Numbered from the stretch's first letter, positions 52,282 through 61,477 are shown. The stretch: 64,000 nt of DNA from Macrostomum lignano (GCA_002269645.1 NIVC01001549.1:124001-188000); one strand, 5' to 3'. The notes: generated from the sequence alone by a model not told the origin. A program made the numbers and translations.

Positions 52282-52866
52282 ATGAAAGACATTTATGAAT
52301 GTAACAAATGTAACGTGACTATGCACAGAGGGCAAACAGCAAACGGAGATATATATCATATGTGCTATTCATGTTCTAAAATATATCAATTTGAAAAAAC
52401 AAAAAAGATTGAAAACTCATATTACTATTTTAAAAACACAATTTTAAGAAATCTTACAAGAGACATATCTGATCCAATTTTAATTCCCGGAAATAATGTT
52501 TATTTATATAACAACTTTTTCCATTTAAATAAAGGAAAGGGATTAAGTTCGAAAGACGCTGAAAGGATTTTAATTTTAGTTGGATATTATTTTAATTTTC
52601 TTATGCGAGAGAATACAAAGTTTATAAGGATAGGCAACATACCTAACGAAATGTTACTGAAAAAGTCGTTGGAATTTTTATGTATTGATAAAGAATTTAA
52701 ACCTAGGATCACAAGAGAATTACCACTTTGGGAAGAATATATAACATATGCATTAGAAAAACTAAACAACATTAAGTTCTACCGCACTACCCGTTCGCGT
52801 GCTTTGCACGATCGAACCGAAGGTTCGAGGACGAAGTCCGTCACTTTCAGGTTCGTAAATACCTAA
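52282..52866 (+). CDS. Polinton hypothetical protein with an N-terminal zinc ribbon
   Basis: CNKC...CYSC; AAAAATG start. Confidence 0.65.
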   Translation: MKDIYECNKCNVTMHRGQTANGDIYHMCYSCSKIYQFEKTKKIENSYYYFKNTILRNLTRDISDPILIPGNNVYLYNNFFHLNKGKGLSSKDAERILILVGYYFNFLMRENTKFIRIGNIPNEMLLKKSLEFLCIDKEFKPRITRELPLWEEYITYALEKLNNIKFYRTTRSRALHDRTEGSRTKSVTFRFVNT

Positions 52867-53499
52867 TGTTTCTATAGGTGGAGCTTTGGGTTTGTCCAAA
52901 CGTAATTCTTTTAATTCTATATCGGTAAAAGTTTCAACATCTAAAATTCTATTTCGATCTTTTAAATATTTTTCATATAATTCAACCGCGGTTGATAACT
53001 CGTGAATTGTTATCTCTCCGTCATCCAATATTTTTTGCACATATAAATATAACTGATTTTTATATTGCTTGGCAACATCTCTTAACGATTTATATTTTTC
53101 CTTTCGTTTTTTAAGATATAATTTAATTGCTAAAAGTATTGATAAGTTTCTGATTAATTCAAAACCTGATATTGAGCCAATTGCAATACCTAAAAATAAT
53201 TGAGATAAATTAAGAGTTGGAATAGATTGTAAAATACCTAAAATGATTACACATAACATCGATAAGCTTCCAAAACCAATATTGAAAAAATCCATATTTC
53301 TGATATGATTTGAAACTCTTCTTACTTTTTTAGCATATAAATCATAATCATAGTTAATACGATCAACATTACTTAACATGTGACCCTTACGTTGATCGTG
53401 CAAAGCACGCGAACCTTCGGTTCGGTCAAAATGGTCGTGCAAAGCACGCGAACCTTCGGTTCGGTCACGTTCCCTTTTATCTGCTTCAGACACCGACAT
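52762..53499 (-). CDS. Polinton conserved two-TM membrane protein
   Basis: Hydrophobic hairpin followed by KKRKEKY..LRDVA..YKNQL..YVQKILDDGEITIHE, a pattern recalled from Polinton membrane-active proteins. Confidence 0.65.
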   Translation of the reverse strand: MSVSEADKRERDRTEGSRALHDHFDRTEGSRALHDQRKGHMLSNVDRINYDYDLYAKKVRRVSNHIRNMDFFNIGFGSLSMLCVIILGILQSIPTLNLSQLFLGIAIGSISGFELIRNLSILLAIKLYLKKRKEKYKSLRDVAKQYKNQLYLYVQKILDDGEITIHELSTAVELYEKYLKDRNRILDVETFTDIELKELRLDKPKAPPIETLGIYEPESDGLRPRTFGSIVQSTRTGSAVELNVV

Positions 53500-53812
53500 T
53501 TTCGTCTATTTTTAATAGCACTAAAATGAATTCCCCGCGCTCTTTGGGGATTTGTCCCGAGCTCAATAGGTATTGTATTGGAGTTATTCTTTCTTTTTTC
53601 TCCCATTTAAAACCTATTTTCCAAAACTCTTGAAGGATAATATGGTTTTTTAATAATTTAATTAATTCTTGAAGTTTCTTATTATCCTGAACATTCAATC
53701 CACTAAATAAAATTCGCGTATGAGATTTAAAAGTTTTTATATTTGATTCTTGTTTAGGAATTGGAATGATAACATTATTTTGCCGCATCGATGGGGTTCT
53801 ACTAAAAGCCAT
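53486..53812 (-). CDS. Polinton hypothetical protein (108 aa)
   Basis: TATAAAATG start; abuts neighbours. Confidence 0.6.
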   Translation of the reverse strand: MAFSRTPSMRQNNVIIPIPKQESNIKTFKSHTRILFSGLNVQDNKKLQELIKLLKNHIILQEFWKIGFKWEKKERITPIQYLLSSGQIPKERGEFILVLLKIDENVGV

Positions 53813-53852
53813 TTTATATAGAAATATTTTATATCGTGCAAAGCACGCGACC

Positions 53853-55730
53853 CTACGGGGCGATCGCTACAGGCGGTTTTTCTAAATAAGCGGTAGAAGG
53901 AAAAACATAACCAAACGATGTGCTACCACAAACGGCAGCGCCACGAATAAAATGTGCAGCATCCGATCCTCCGGTTCGAGCACCAAAACCCATAAGAGTT
54001 CCAGATTTATCTAAAGTTCCCCAATTTCCACTATCATATGTAAAAACGTTCTGCCCAATGAGGGTATAAGAATCGGCTGAAACATTGTATGATTGTAATC
54101 GATACCAAACCCTTTGATTTAAAATATTAATTTCAAACAGATGCCAATCGCCGTTATCAATATTTGCATAGTCTACCGTTTGATCCGCGTCAGTATTAAC
54201 ATCCGCGCGGCTTGATCCGTCTGATTTTTTAGAACTCCAAATTAGGCCAAATTTATCATGCCACTCACTTGCAAAAACTATCAATCCGGCGTCTGTTGCT
54301 AAACCTGCCCCGCTTTCGGTTGTTGGTCGTTCGTGACAATATGCATAAAACCAAACGGCATCTGCACCACCTCCTGTAGCATTAGCAACTCTGAAAAAGA
54401 AAGACCCTGATATATTTTGAAAATGTGTGAAATTAAATTGTAATGCCCCACTTACTCCAGCAGTTTCACGAGTAATTCTAGCACCATTTTGATAATCGAT
54501 ATAAGAAGCGTCGCCAATTAAAGAACCAGCTGGATATATATCTCCGGCAGTTGTTGGATTTTGATATCCAGTCCAATTACAAATTACTGGCTCGAATAAT
54601 GCGGCATCAATGGCGGGAATATTATCCAATTTATTTTTATCACCGGCAGACATTCTGCCATTTGAAGTTGGGGTTGCTACCTGATCTACGTACACTCGCG
54701 GGGTTGCAGAAAGTATTTGATTCGGCCAATTAAGATCTTGAATTTCAACTCGGTGTTCAAATAATTGAATGAGACGAACCTCGATAGGCTGTGTAGCGGT
54801 GCCACCAGTTGGGAATAAAACGCTATAATATTTCCAAAAATTAACCGTTAAATTAGTTAACGCAAATGAAGTTGCTTGAATTGGTGATCCCGACGTTCGT
54901 AATACCGTCCATGCATCGGTAGCAACATTTTTTGCACGAACCGACCATCCCGATGGAATATCAATAGTTGCGCTGCCTGTAATTCTTAATTCATTTATTC
55001 TTCGATTATAACCTAAAAATTCAAATTGAATTTCCATATTGGTTGTGGTTCCGGTATTTGGTGACCATTGTGTCGCAAGGCTTCCATCTCCAACTCGAAA
55101 AGCATCGTTGGTATTTTCGGATGCTGTAAGAACAACATCTGGATTTGAAGTATTTGATGTAAGCGGCGTGGCAAAAATATCGGCGTCGGTTACATTAGCT
55201 CGAGCGTTGACTTGTCCTAAATTGACCGAGTCTGTGGCCTCTGTTCCAAATAATAAATTTGTTAATTTAAAATTATTCATATTGATATTGCCGTTACGAC
55301 TACCCACCTGATTATCGACATAGTTCTTATCAACTACCGAGTTATTCGTTGTAATTGCAACATTTATAATTCGATTGTTGTCCATATCTAAGGTTCCGGT
55401 TGCGGTGGTTTGAACATAACGCGAATCAGAATCAGTTCGAGAATAAGAATCGGTTATATCTCTTTTTAAATTTAACCCATTATCAACTTCTGTTTTTGTA
55501 TATGAATCACTTATATCTCTTTTCAAATTTAATGAATCATCTATTTGAGTTTTGGTATAGGAATCTGCAACATTTCTTTTTAAATTTAATTTAGTATCAA
55601 TTTCAGTTTTTTTATAACCTTCATCTTCATTAATATATCGGTTATCTCCGAATGTAACACTTATTCCACCAGTTGTACCACCACCAGTACTTGTTGTTCC
55701 GTTCCATGAGGGCGTTCCAGAAAATAACAT
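53853..55730 (-). CDS. Fibre/spike-like protein with discoidin-like and L-type lectin-like domains (625 aa)
   Basis: KRD..DSYTKT..D repeats; LDMDNNRIINV and TDSVNLGQV stalk motifs; F5/8C-like ASEN..AF...DG...TQW; ConA-like GGGADAVWF...DNGDWH...GFGARTGG. Confidence 0.65.
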   Translation of the reverse strand: MLFSGTPSWNGTTSTGGGTTGGISVTFGDNRYINEDEGYKKTEIDTKLNLKRNVADSYTKTQIDDSLNLKRDISDSYTKTEVDNGLNLKRDITDSYSRTDSDSRYVQTTATGTLDMDNNRIINVAITTNNSVVDKNYVDNQVGSRNGNINMNNFKLTNLLFGTEATDSVNLGQVNARANVTDADIFATPLTSNTSNPDVVLTASENTNDAFRVGDGSLATQWSPNTGTTTNMEIQFEFLGYNRRINELRITGSATIDIPSGWSVRAKNVATDAWTVLRTSGSPIQATSFALTNLTVNFWKYYSVLFPTGGTATQPIEVRLIQLFEHRVEIQDLNWPNQILSATPRVYVDQVATPTSNGRMSAGDKNKLDNIPAIDAALFEPVICNWTGYQNPTTAGDIYPAGSLIGDASYIDYQNGARITRETAGVSGALQFNFTHFQNISGSFFFRVANATGGGADAVWFYAYCHERPTTESGAGLATDAGLIVFASEWHDKFGLIWSSKKSDGSSRADVNTDADQTVDYANIDNGDWHLFEINILNQRVWYRLQSYNVSADSYTLIGQNVFTYDSGNWGTLDKSGTLMGFGARTGGSDAAHFIRGAAVCGSTSFGYVFPSTAYLEKPPVAIAP

Positions 55731-55740
55731 TTTTTACTGT

Positions 55741-56178
55741 CTATTTTATAGAATCTAAAATCTGTTTAAAGTCTTCGGGTCTTTCCTTAGAGTTATTAAT
55801 TTTATATAAAAAATACAACGCCGCTTGCCCGCAATAACTTTTGTCAAAGGTTTGAAATTGTTCGTGATAATCTCCACATAAACGATTTTTAGTATGATTA
55901 AATTTATCTTTTATTTCCTGTAACGGAGGAAGCGCGTATGAATCAAAAAAATAAACAAGTTTAGGTTTGGAATAAACTGCCGACCAATGAACACCGTTTT
56001 CTTTTGTCGTTTCGATGTTAACAATGAAAGATCCATATATTGGTAAGTCTTTTATCTCATCCCGCATAACACATCTGAATGGTTTTATTTTTAACTGCCG
56101 CGCCCAATTTGTTAATTCGATATTGCTTGTTGTGTCTGTTCCATATCTTTGTTTGAACAAATGCCAATTCATAGTCAT
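55741..56178 (-). CDS. PRO: Adenain-like cysteine protease
   Basis: GVHWSAV (His), YFFDSY (Asp), FQTFDKSYCG (Gln/Cys). Confidence 0.92.
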   Translation of the reverse strand: MTMNWHLFKQRYGTDTTSNIELTNWARQLKIKPFRCVMRDEIKDLPIYGSFIVNIETTKENGVHWSAVYSKPKLVYFFDSYALPPLQEIKDKFNHTKNRLCGDYHEQFQTFDKSYCGQAALYFLYKINNSKERPEDFKQILDSIK

Positions 56179-56363
56179 TTTATGTTCCTGAAAAACTCTT
56201 GGTTTTAGTTAGTTTTGTAGGTTTAGATTTTAACAGTTCCTTTCGGATTTTTTCTGCCTGTAATTGTTTCAATTTTGTTAATTCGATTTCATAATTATCC
56301 TTTGCATTTTGAACTTTATCTGATTGTTTTTTTAAAACATTGTTGTTACCCATTTTTACAGTA

Positions 56364-57149
56364 TTAAACCTGTTTTATACGTAAAATCACTGTTATTGAC
56401 TGCCCACCAAAACTTATTAACCTATCGGTTTCATCTACAATCCTAATATAAATTGATTGGACACTATATTGATTTAATGGGTAATATATTGGGGTTTGGG
56501 GTGAAACAATCATTTTCTCTCCAATTGGAACAGCAAGAAACGGGATTGAATAAATAATTCCACGTTGAACCAAAACTCCATTATCATCTGTTATATAACC
56601 GCCGTTTGATATGTCGGTTGTTATATTAATTGTATTAACTCCACCCTCAATATTTCCAACTGTATCGCCGGTGCTTGATGTGGTAACGATTCGGGAATTA
56701 AATCCGAGTATGGTTCTGAGTGAATTTGCAATTGTGAAATCAACCTGATATCCGGATCCTAGTGATAGTGTGAATCTGCCAGATGGTAAATCAACCCCTA
56801 TAACAATTGCGCCTGCAACCCAATCTCCATTAGCTGTTAATTCTCCTTCTATATAAGCATTCAAATCGGTATAAGAATATGCTCCTGGGTTAACGCTAAA
56901 TGTTGTCCAATTGGCTCCGGAATCTTTAGAATATCTAAATTGATTATTTGTTGCATTAATTAATTGAGGCATGTTAAAAACTGAAAATAGTATCAACCCT
57001 ATTTGATAACTTAGGCTTTGATCGAGTTGTAACGGATCACGCATTTGAATGCGTTGTTCACTGGTTGTCATTATAAACTGTAAGGTTGTACTAAATTTTG
57101 AATTAGTTCGATCTACCAATTGTTTTATAGTATCTAAATTTGTAGCCAT
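56364..57149 (-). CDS. PX: Minor capsid (penton) protein; start MATNL
   Basis: LQLDQSLSYQIGL, NNQFRY, PGAYS...LN and YYPLN...IQSIYIRIVDE penton-type motifs; ATG 57149 in ATAAAAATG context. Confidence 0.82.
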   Translation of the reverse strand: MATNLDTIKQLVDRTNSKFSTTLQFIMTTSEQRIQMRDPLQLDQSLSYQIGLILFSVFNMPQLINATNNQFRYSKDSGANWTTFSVNPGAYSYTDLNAYIEGELTANGDWVAGAIVIGVDLPSGRFTLSLGSGYQVDFTIANSLRTILGFNSRIVTTSSTGDTVGNIEGGVNTINITTDISNGGYITDDNGVLVQRGIIYSIPFLAVPIGEKMIVSPQTPIYYPLNQYSVQSIYIRIVDETDRLISFGGQSITVILRIKQV

Positions 57150-57225
57150 TTTTATAGTGGGAGAATCGGACGAAGTCCGCGAACCATAGGTTCGATCGTG
57201 CATAGCACGCGTTCCGAAGGAACGA

Positions 57226-58011
57226 TCACTCCTCATCGTCTTCTTTTATCAGATCTTTTAAGATTCGATTTTTCCTTTCTAACCTAGGGTTGATATATAT
57301 ATGTTTATATTGACTATCATCCCAAATTTTTTTACACATACTTTTGAATGGTTTTGCATCCAACCCAGGATTAAATCTAGCGTGTATATTTTGTAAATCA
57401 TAGTTATCTAAATCAAACATTACACAACAGCTAGCATTCTTTTTTATAATTGATTCTAATTCTCTAAAGGATTGGGTAAGATAAAATGCTCCAATTCCAT
57501 CTCCTCTACCACTAACAAAAATTTCCTTTTGCAATTCTTGATCGCCATCATTAATACAATCATCAAAAATAATTAGTGTTTTATCATGTTTTGGAATTTG
57601 ATCATAGGATAATCGGGTTGATACTCTAACAGTTGGGGCTCGATCGGACGAAGTCCGCGACCCTTCGGGGCGATTGTTAATGTTATCTGATATTTGTGCC
57701 GTTGTTTTACATAAATCCTCAATGTCATCGAGTGTAAATCTTGGTTCATCATCGTCCTCATATTGCTCATATGCTCTTAACATTCTAAACATAATATCTT
57801 TTTTTAATTTGTTTTTTAATCCATGTTTAAGAAATTCATAATATTTTATTCTAGGTTTGTTAGTATATATTAATAAATTATTATAGTCTAACATTCCATC
57901 TGTTGTTAATAAATCGTAAACAAAGTGTGTTTTTCCTTTACCTGATCCTCCGATTACTAAACAAAGAAAAGGATCATTTGGAAATATCTTATCGTGTTTT
58001 GCCTTTACCAT
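57226..58011 (-). CDS. ATP: A32/FtsK-type genome packaging ATPase
   Basis: Walker A GGSGKGKT, Walker B LIIFDD, GRG..IG.FYLTQS. Confidence 0.93.
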   Translation of the reverse strand: MVKAKHDKIFPNDPFLCLVIGGSGKGKTHFVYDLLTTDGMLDYNNLLIYTNKPRIKYYEFLKHGLKNKLKKDIMFRMLRAYEQYEDDDEPRFTLDDIEDLCKTTAQISDNINNRPEGSRTSSDRAPTVRVSTRLSYDQIPKHDKTLIIFDDCINDGDQELQKEIFVSGRGDGIGAFYLTQSFRELESIIKKNASCCVMFDLDNYDLQNIHARFNPGLDAKPFKSMCKKIWDDSQYKHIYINPRLERKNRILKDLIKEDDEE

Positions 58012-58030
58012 TTTTAAAGAAATAATTTAA

Positions 58031-59503
58031 CTAAATTGGGGCGTCCCGAACAATCGTGCCATCAGCTTTAGCAATTGACATATATTCCTCTAGAAACAAT
58101 ACGTGTGCGTCTATTGCCTGATTACCGGTTTTATTAATCTCTAACAAGTAATTAAGCCCAACATTGGCTACGTTTTCTTTCTGTGCAGTTAGATCATAAA
58201 CAACCACTGGATGAATGTTTAGAAACTCTGTGGGTGTGTACTGAGGAACGGCAAACGCTTCATTTTTGGCATAATCTTGATAATATTTTATAAAATCATT
58301 AACATTATTATTTGCTATATTTAAATTTTGGGGGTCTTTAACCGGATAATATTGATCATCAACCTGCAGGCGGATATTCTGAACATTAAACTCGTTAATA
58401 GCTGCAGCCGCATTGTCTGTTGTGGTGGCTGCTTGTTCTGCTGTGGCACCCGATTGAAGCCAATATAAATCCCCATTTGTTCTTTTACTCCTTCTGTTTG
58501 TTATTTTAAACCAAACAAAAATATATCTCACCCGACGTTTTGATGTCAGTATTTGCCACTGGAATGAATCCTGGTTATTATTAATGGTTCGCATAAAATG
58601 TCGACGATTCAAATAAAATATTTCCTGATCATGCGTTAACTGATTATCGATGTGTTTTAAAAGTGGGGCTGTTACCTCAATAGTTGGTACGACTAATTGA
58701 ATTGAATCTATACGAACTGCGATATCGGTTGAAATCGAGGTTCCATAAAGTATCCTAGGCTGATATCCGCCAGATATTTGCAACTGTATCCCAAATTTTA
58801 ATCCTTTCCATACCCGATTTGGTGAGAAGAACCCAAATAGTGGAAAGATTGAAAAGTCCTGCTCATATGCGGTTGCCGTGGTTAAAACCGCGACTGGGAA
58901 TTTATTCTGACGATCTATAAAACCTGTATTAATATCTTTTGTGTTAGTCATGGTGGTTACAACTGGAACTATATTGGTATTAAGATAAGCTATAAGAGCT
59001 GCGGTATCTGCACCAGCTGCGTTTTGTACATTAGGGAAAACTACTGCTTGACCATTACCCTTATCAGGCATCCACCCAACATTGTCACCAACTTGTTTTG
59101 ATAAATAAGTATAATTTAAATGTTTCAAAACTCCATTAATCTCTGCGGGGTTTGATTCTGTCTCAACCTCGGCTCCATTAACTGACAGTTGGGCTTGGGA
59201 AAAACATTTATAAAACCAATCATTTTCTATTATAATACCAGAACGATCTGCGATATCGCCGGCTGCAAGAGCAGTTCCATCATTTCTAGTATACAACCAT
59301 CTAACGCGGAAAAACGCATTTTTCATATCTAATATAGTGTTGGTTGCACCGATGTCAAAAGTTACCGTTCCAGTAGTAAAGTTATTTGAATTATCACTTG
59401 TTGGTAGGGTATAATTTAAATCTCTTGCCCTAACCTCATTAATATACTGACGGTGCTTTTTGAAATGAAATTTATCACTCCACATAGTTTTTGTTTCAGC
59501 CAT
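58031..59503 (-). CDS. PY: Major capsid protein (double jelly roll), 490 aa
   Basis: Size, position next to the ATPase and penton, and motifs FSQAQLSVNGAEVE, PLFGFF, IDSIQLVVP, VRYIFVWF and PVVVYDL. Confidence 0.85.
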   Translation of the reverse strand: MAETKTMWSDKFHFKKHRQYINEVRARDLNYTLPTSDNSNNFTTGTVTFDIGATNTILDMKNAFFRVRWLYTRNDGTALAAGDIADRSGIIIENDWFYKCFSQAQLSVNGAEVETESNPAEINGVLKHLNYTYLSKQVGDNVGWMPDKGNGQAVVFPNVQNAAGADTAALIAYLNTNIVPVVTTMTNTKDINTGFIDRQNKFPVAVLTTATAYEQDFSIFPLFGFFSPNRVWKGLKFGIQLQISGGYQPRILYGTSISTDIAVRIDSIQLVVPTIEVTAPLLKHIDNQLTHDQEIFYLNRRHFMRTINNNQDSFQWQILTSKRRVRYIFVWFKITNRRSKRTNGDLYWLQSGATAEQAATTTDNAAAAINEFNVQNIRLQVDDQYYPVKDPQNLNIANNNVNDFIKYYQDYAKNEAFAVPQYTPTEFLNIHPVVVYDLTAQKENVANVGLNYLLEINKTGNQAIDAHVLFLEEYMSIAKADGTIVRDAPI

Positions 59504-59536
59504 TTTTTATGTTAAAAAAGTTTTTTATGTTAAAAA

Positions 59537-60211
59537 ATGAGTCAATTTATGGACGTTGATGGAGAGTTAGCGATTTATAAAGAAAAGCAAAGATATTCTG
59601 ATTTTGTTAGAAATTTGAAAAAAAGAAAGTTAGGAATACAATTAGCTGGCGAAAGATTTGCTGCTCCTTTTGTTAATCCTATTACGGGGAAAATTAGTGA
59701 ACTAGAAAAAACAGATAAAGACCTTCTGGAAAAAATTGCTAAGAATACAGAGCCAAAAGAGGATGAAATTTTAGATGAGCCGCCTGCTTATGATGTTGAT
59801 CAAGCACTATTGAGAGTTGCAGAGATTAGACGTGCAGAGCGGGGTGGAGTTGATGAATATCCGAGACCTGCACCAACTAGTATTGCTGTGACAGATTTAA
59901 GTAATAATAATAATTATCGAATTGGTGGGGTTAATAAAAATCAGAATGAGCTATATAGAGAATTGGGTGGAGCATATAATATTGTTATGAACCCGAAGGT
60001 AAAATTTAATCCTGAATTATATACTAGGGATGAATTAGTAAGTGCTAAAAATTTTTATGATGAGTTAGGAGTAAGAGCTGCTAAGAATACAAGTTTATAT
60101 AAAAGGATTGTTGATTCTATAAATAACAAACCGGCTGTTGGAGAAGGATTTAAAACTCCACGAAAACTTGTTTTAGCTGCTGCGAAAGCTGCTGGACATA
60201 CCGGTGTTTAA
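59537..60211 (+). CDS. Polinton hypothetical protein (224 aa)
   Basis: Divergent from MCP; AAAAAATG start; C-terminal GEGF motif. Confidence 0.7.
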   Translation: MSQFMDVDGELAIYKEKQRYSDFVRNLKKRKLGIQLAGERFAAPFVNPITGKISELEKTDKDLLEKIAKNTEPKEDEILDEPPAYDVDQALLRVAEIRRAERGGVDEYPRPAPTSIAVTDLSNNNNYRIGGVNKNQNELYRELGGAYNIVMNPKVKFNPELYTRDELVSAKNFYDELGVRAAKNTSLYKRIVDSINNKPAVGEGFKTPRKLVLAAAKAAGHTGV

Positions 60212-60234
60212 TTGTTAAATTTATTTTTTATAAA

Positions 60235-60696
60235 ATGGATGATGAAAAAATTAATATTAACGATTTTATAAATTGGGATGAGATTCAAGAAATGATTGAT
60301 CTCGAGCTCAGTAAAGAGTATCCTAGTGAAATGTCGTTTGATGATTATGAAGATATGGATGATTATGAGCTTGAGCATAAAGATGGTAGACATTTTTTCT
60401 ATGATTATTTTATAGAGGGTGAGCCAGAATCAATACGCATTGAAAATGTTAGTGAGAACAATATTACAATTGGTGGTAGAAATTTTAATATAAAAGAATT
60501 AAAAGATGAATTAGGAAAAGATGCTTTCTATATTATAACACACCCAGCTGAGAATCCATCTTTTGGCCATAGATATAATGCTGAAGATATTGAGAAAGCT
60601 ATAAGGTTTATTGAAAATAAATTGGATCCTGCTGCAGAATTAACTAAATTTTACATGTGGCTTGAGAATTATTGTTATGAACTTTCTTGTTATTAA
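60235..60696 (+). CDS. Acidic Polinton hypothetical protein (153 aa)
   Basis: TATAAAATG start; D/E-rich. Confidence 0.7.
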   Translation: MDDEKININDFINWDEIQEMIDLELSKEYPSEMSFDDYEDMDDYELEHKDGRHFFYDYFIEGEPESIRIENVSENNITIGGRNFNIKELKDELGKDAFYIITHPAENPSFGHRYNAEDIEKAIRFIENKLDPAAELTKFYMWLENYCYELSCY

Positions 60697-60785
60697 ATTT
60701 ATTTTTTTATAAAAAGTTAAACAACCAACCATCGAAGAATTTGCAAAACAATTAGTGCTTTCATGTATTTTTAAGGCTATTAAAA

Positions 60786-61477
60786 ATGAGCAATCAAACG
60801 AAGTTCGCGAACCGTAGGTTCGATCAATTAGTATTTGAAGGAGGATTTTTAGACTTACAAAAAGGATTAACAAGCTTACCAAGCGTTTTTACTACTGGAA
60901 GGTATACAAATGAATTACACCTGTCGTCGTATAATTTCACGGGTGGAGCTCGAGCTGTGCCCGAGTGGTAGAAGCAAACCTACTGCTAGTCACTATTAGT
61001 GGCAACACCAGCCGCTCACTCAATCTCCTAAAGCTTCAAGTACCACTTCAGTTGAGAAATCTTCTGAAGGAACACAGGTAACTCCTGTTCCCAACGGTAA
61101 CAAGCTTGAAGATATATATGGACAAGAGTGAATCGAAAACCTAACCTCGTATGACTTGAGTATGGTTGAGATGCAACGACTGTACGCTGGTGGGCTTGAA
61201 GGACTTAGTCAATCCTTATGATAGCTTAAGACACAGTCTACTCCTTTGTGAAAGCAAAGGTATAAAGGCCGGGTTGACTCGACTCGATCTCCGATTAAAT
61301 CCTGATGACACTCCAAAAGCTGATTCAATTCCCATTAACGGTATTGATTGGTTAGCATACTATCATGACTTAGCATACAGAGATGCTGATAAGAACTCAC
61401 CCGAGGAAGCATTAAAATTAAAACATGAAGCCGATAGAAAAATGATTGAAGGATTGGATAATTTACAAGGATTGTGA
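60786..61477 (+). CDS. Parvovirus-type phospholipase A2 gene split by a group I intron (exon 1 60786-60944; exon 2 from 61277; possible 6-nt mini-exon 61269-61274)
   Basis: Exon 1 ends ELHLSSYNFTG; exon 2 reads TRLDLRLN...PINGIDWLAYYHDLAY...KHEAD, the parvoviral PLA2 Y-x-x-x-G-P-G...D-x-x-A-x-x-H-D-x-x-Y pattern. Confidence 0.85.
60945..61276 (+). ncRNA. Group I self-splicing intron (IC1/IE-like, with P5abc), no homing endonuclease ORF
   Basis: P1: CGGGU (60940-44) with GCCCG (60959-63), U.G at the splice site. P3: CACCAGC (61006-12)/GCUGGUG (61186-92). P4: UCACUC (61016-21)/GAGUGA (61126-31). P5a CUUCAAG/CUUGAAG with A-rich bulge GGUAACAAGC. P5b with a GAAA loop. P7: A(C)GACUG (61176-82)/CAGUCU (61234-39). 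S-like GCUUAAGACACAGUC. P9 CCUUUGU-GAAA-GCAAAGG. Terminal G at 61276. Confidence 0.9.

Noticed and set aside
61166-61276. N-terminus MRCNDCT... of the listed 103-aa ORF
   Set aside because: It is intron P7-P9 sequence; the true N-terminus is exon 1 at 60786.
60945-61276. Spliceosomal or group II intron interpretation
   Set aside because: Starts GG rather than GT or GTGCG, lacks domain V and an AG/AY end at the in-frame junction, and shows group I P3/P7 pairings instead.
61475-61477. Selenocysteine recoding of the TGA
   Set aside because: No SECIS recognisable and the position is not a catalytic Cys; mutation or read-through is more economical.
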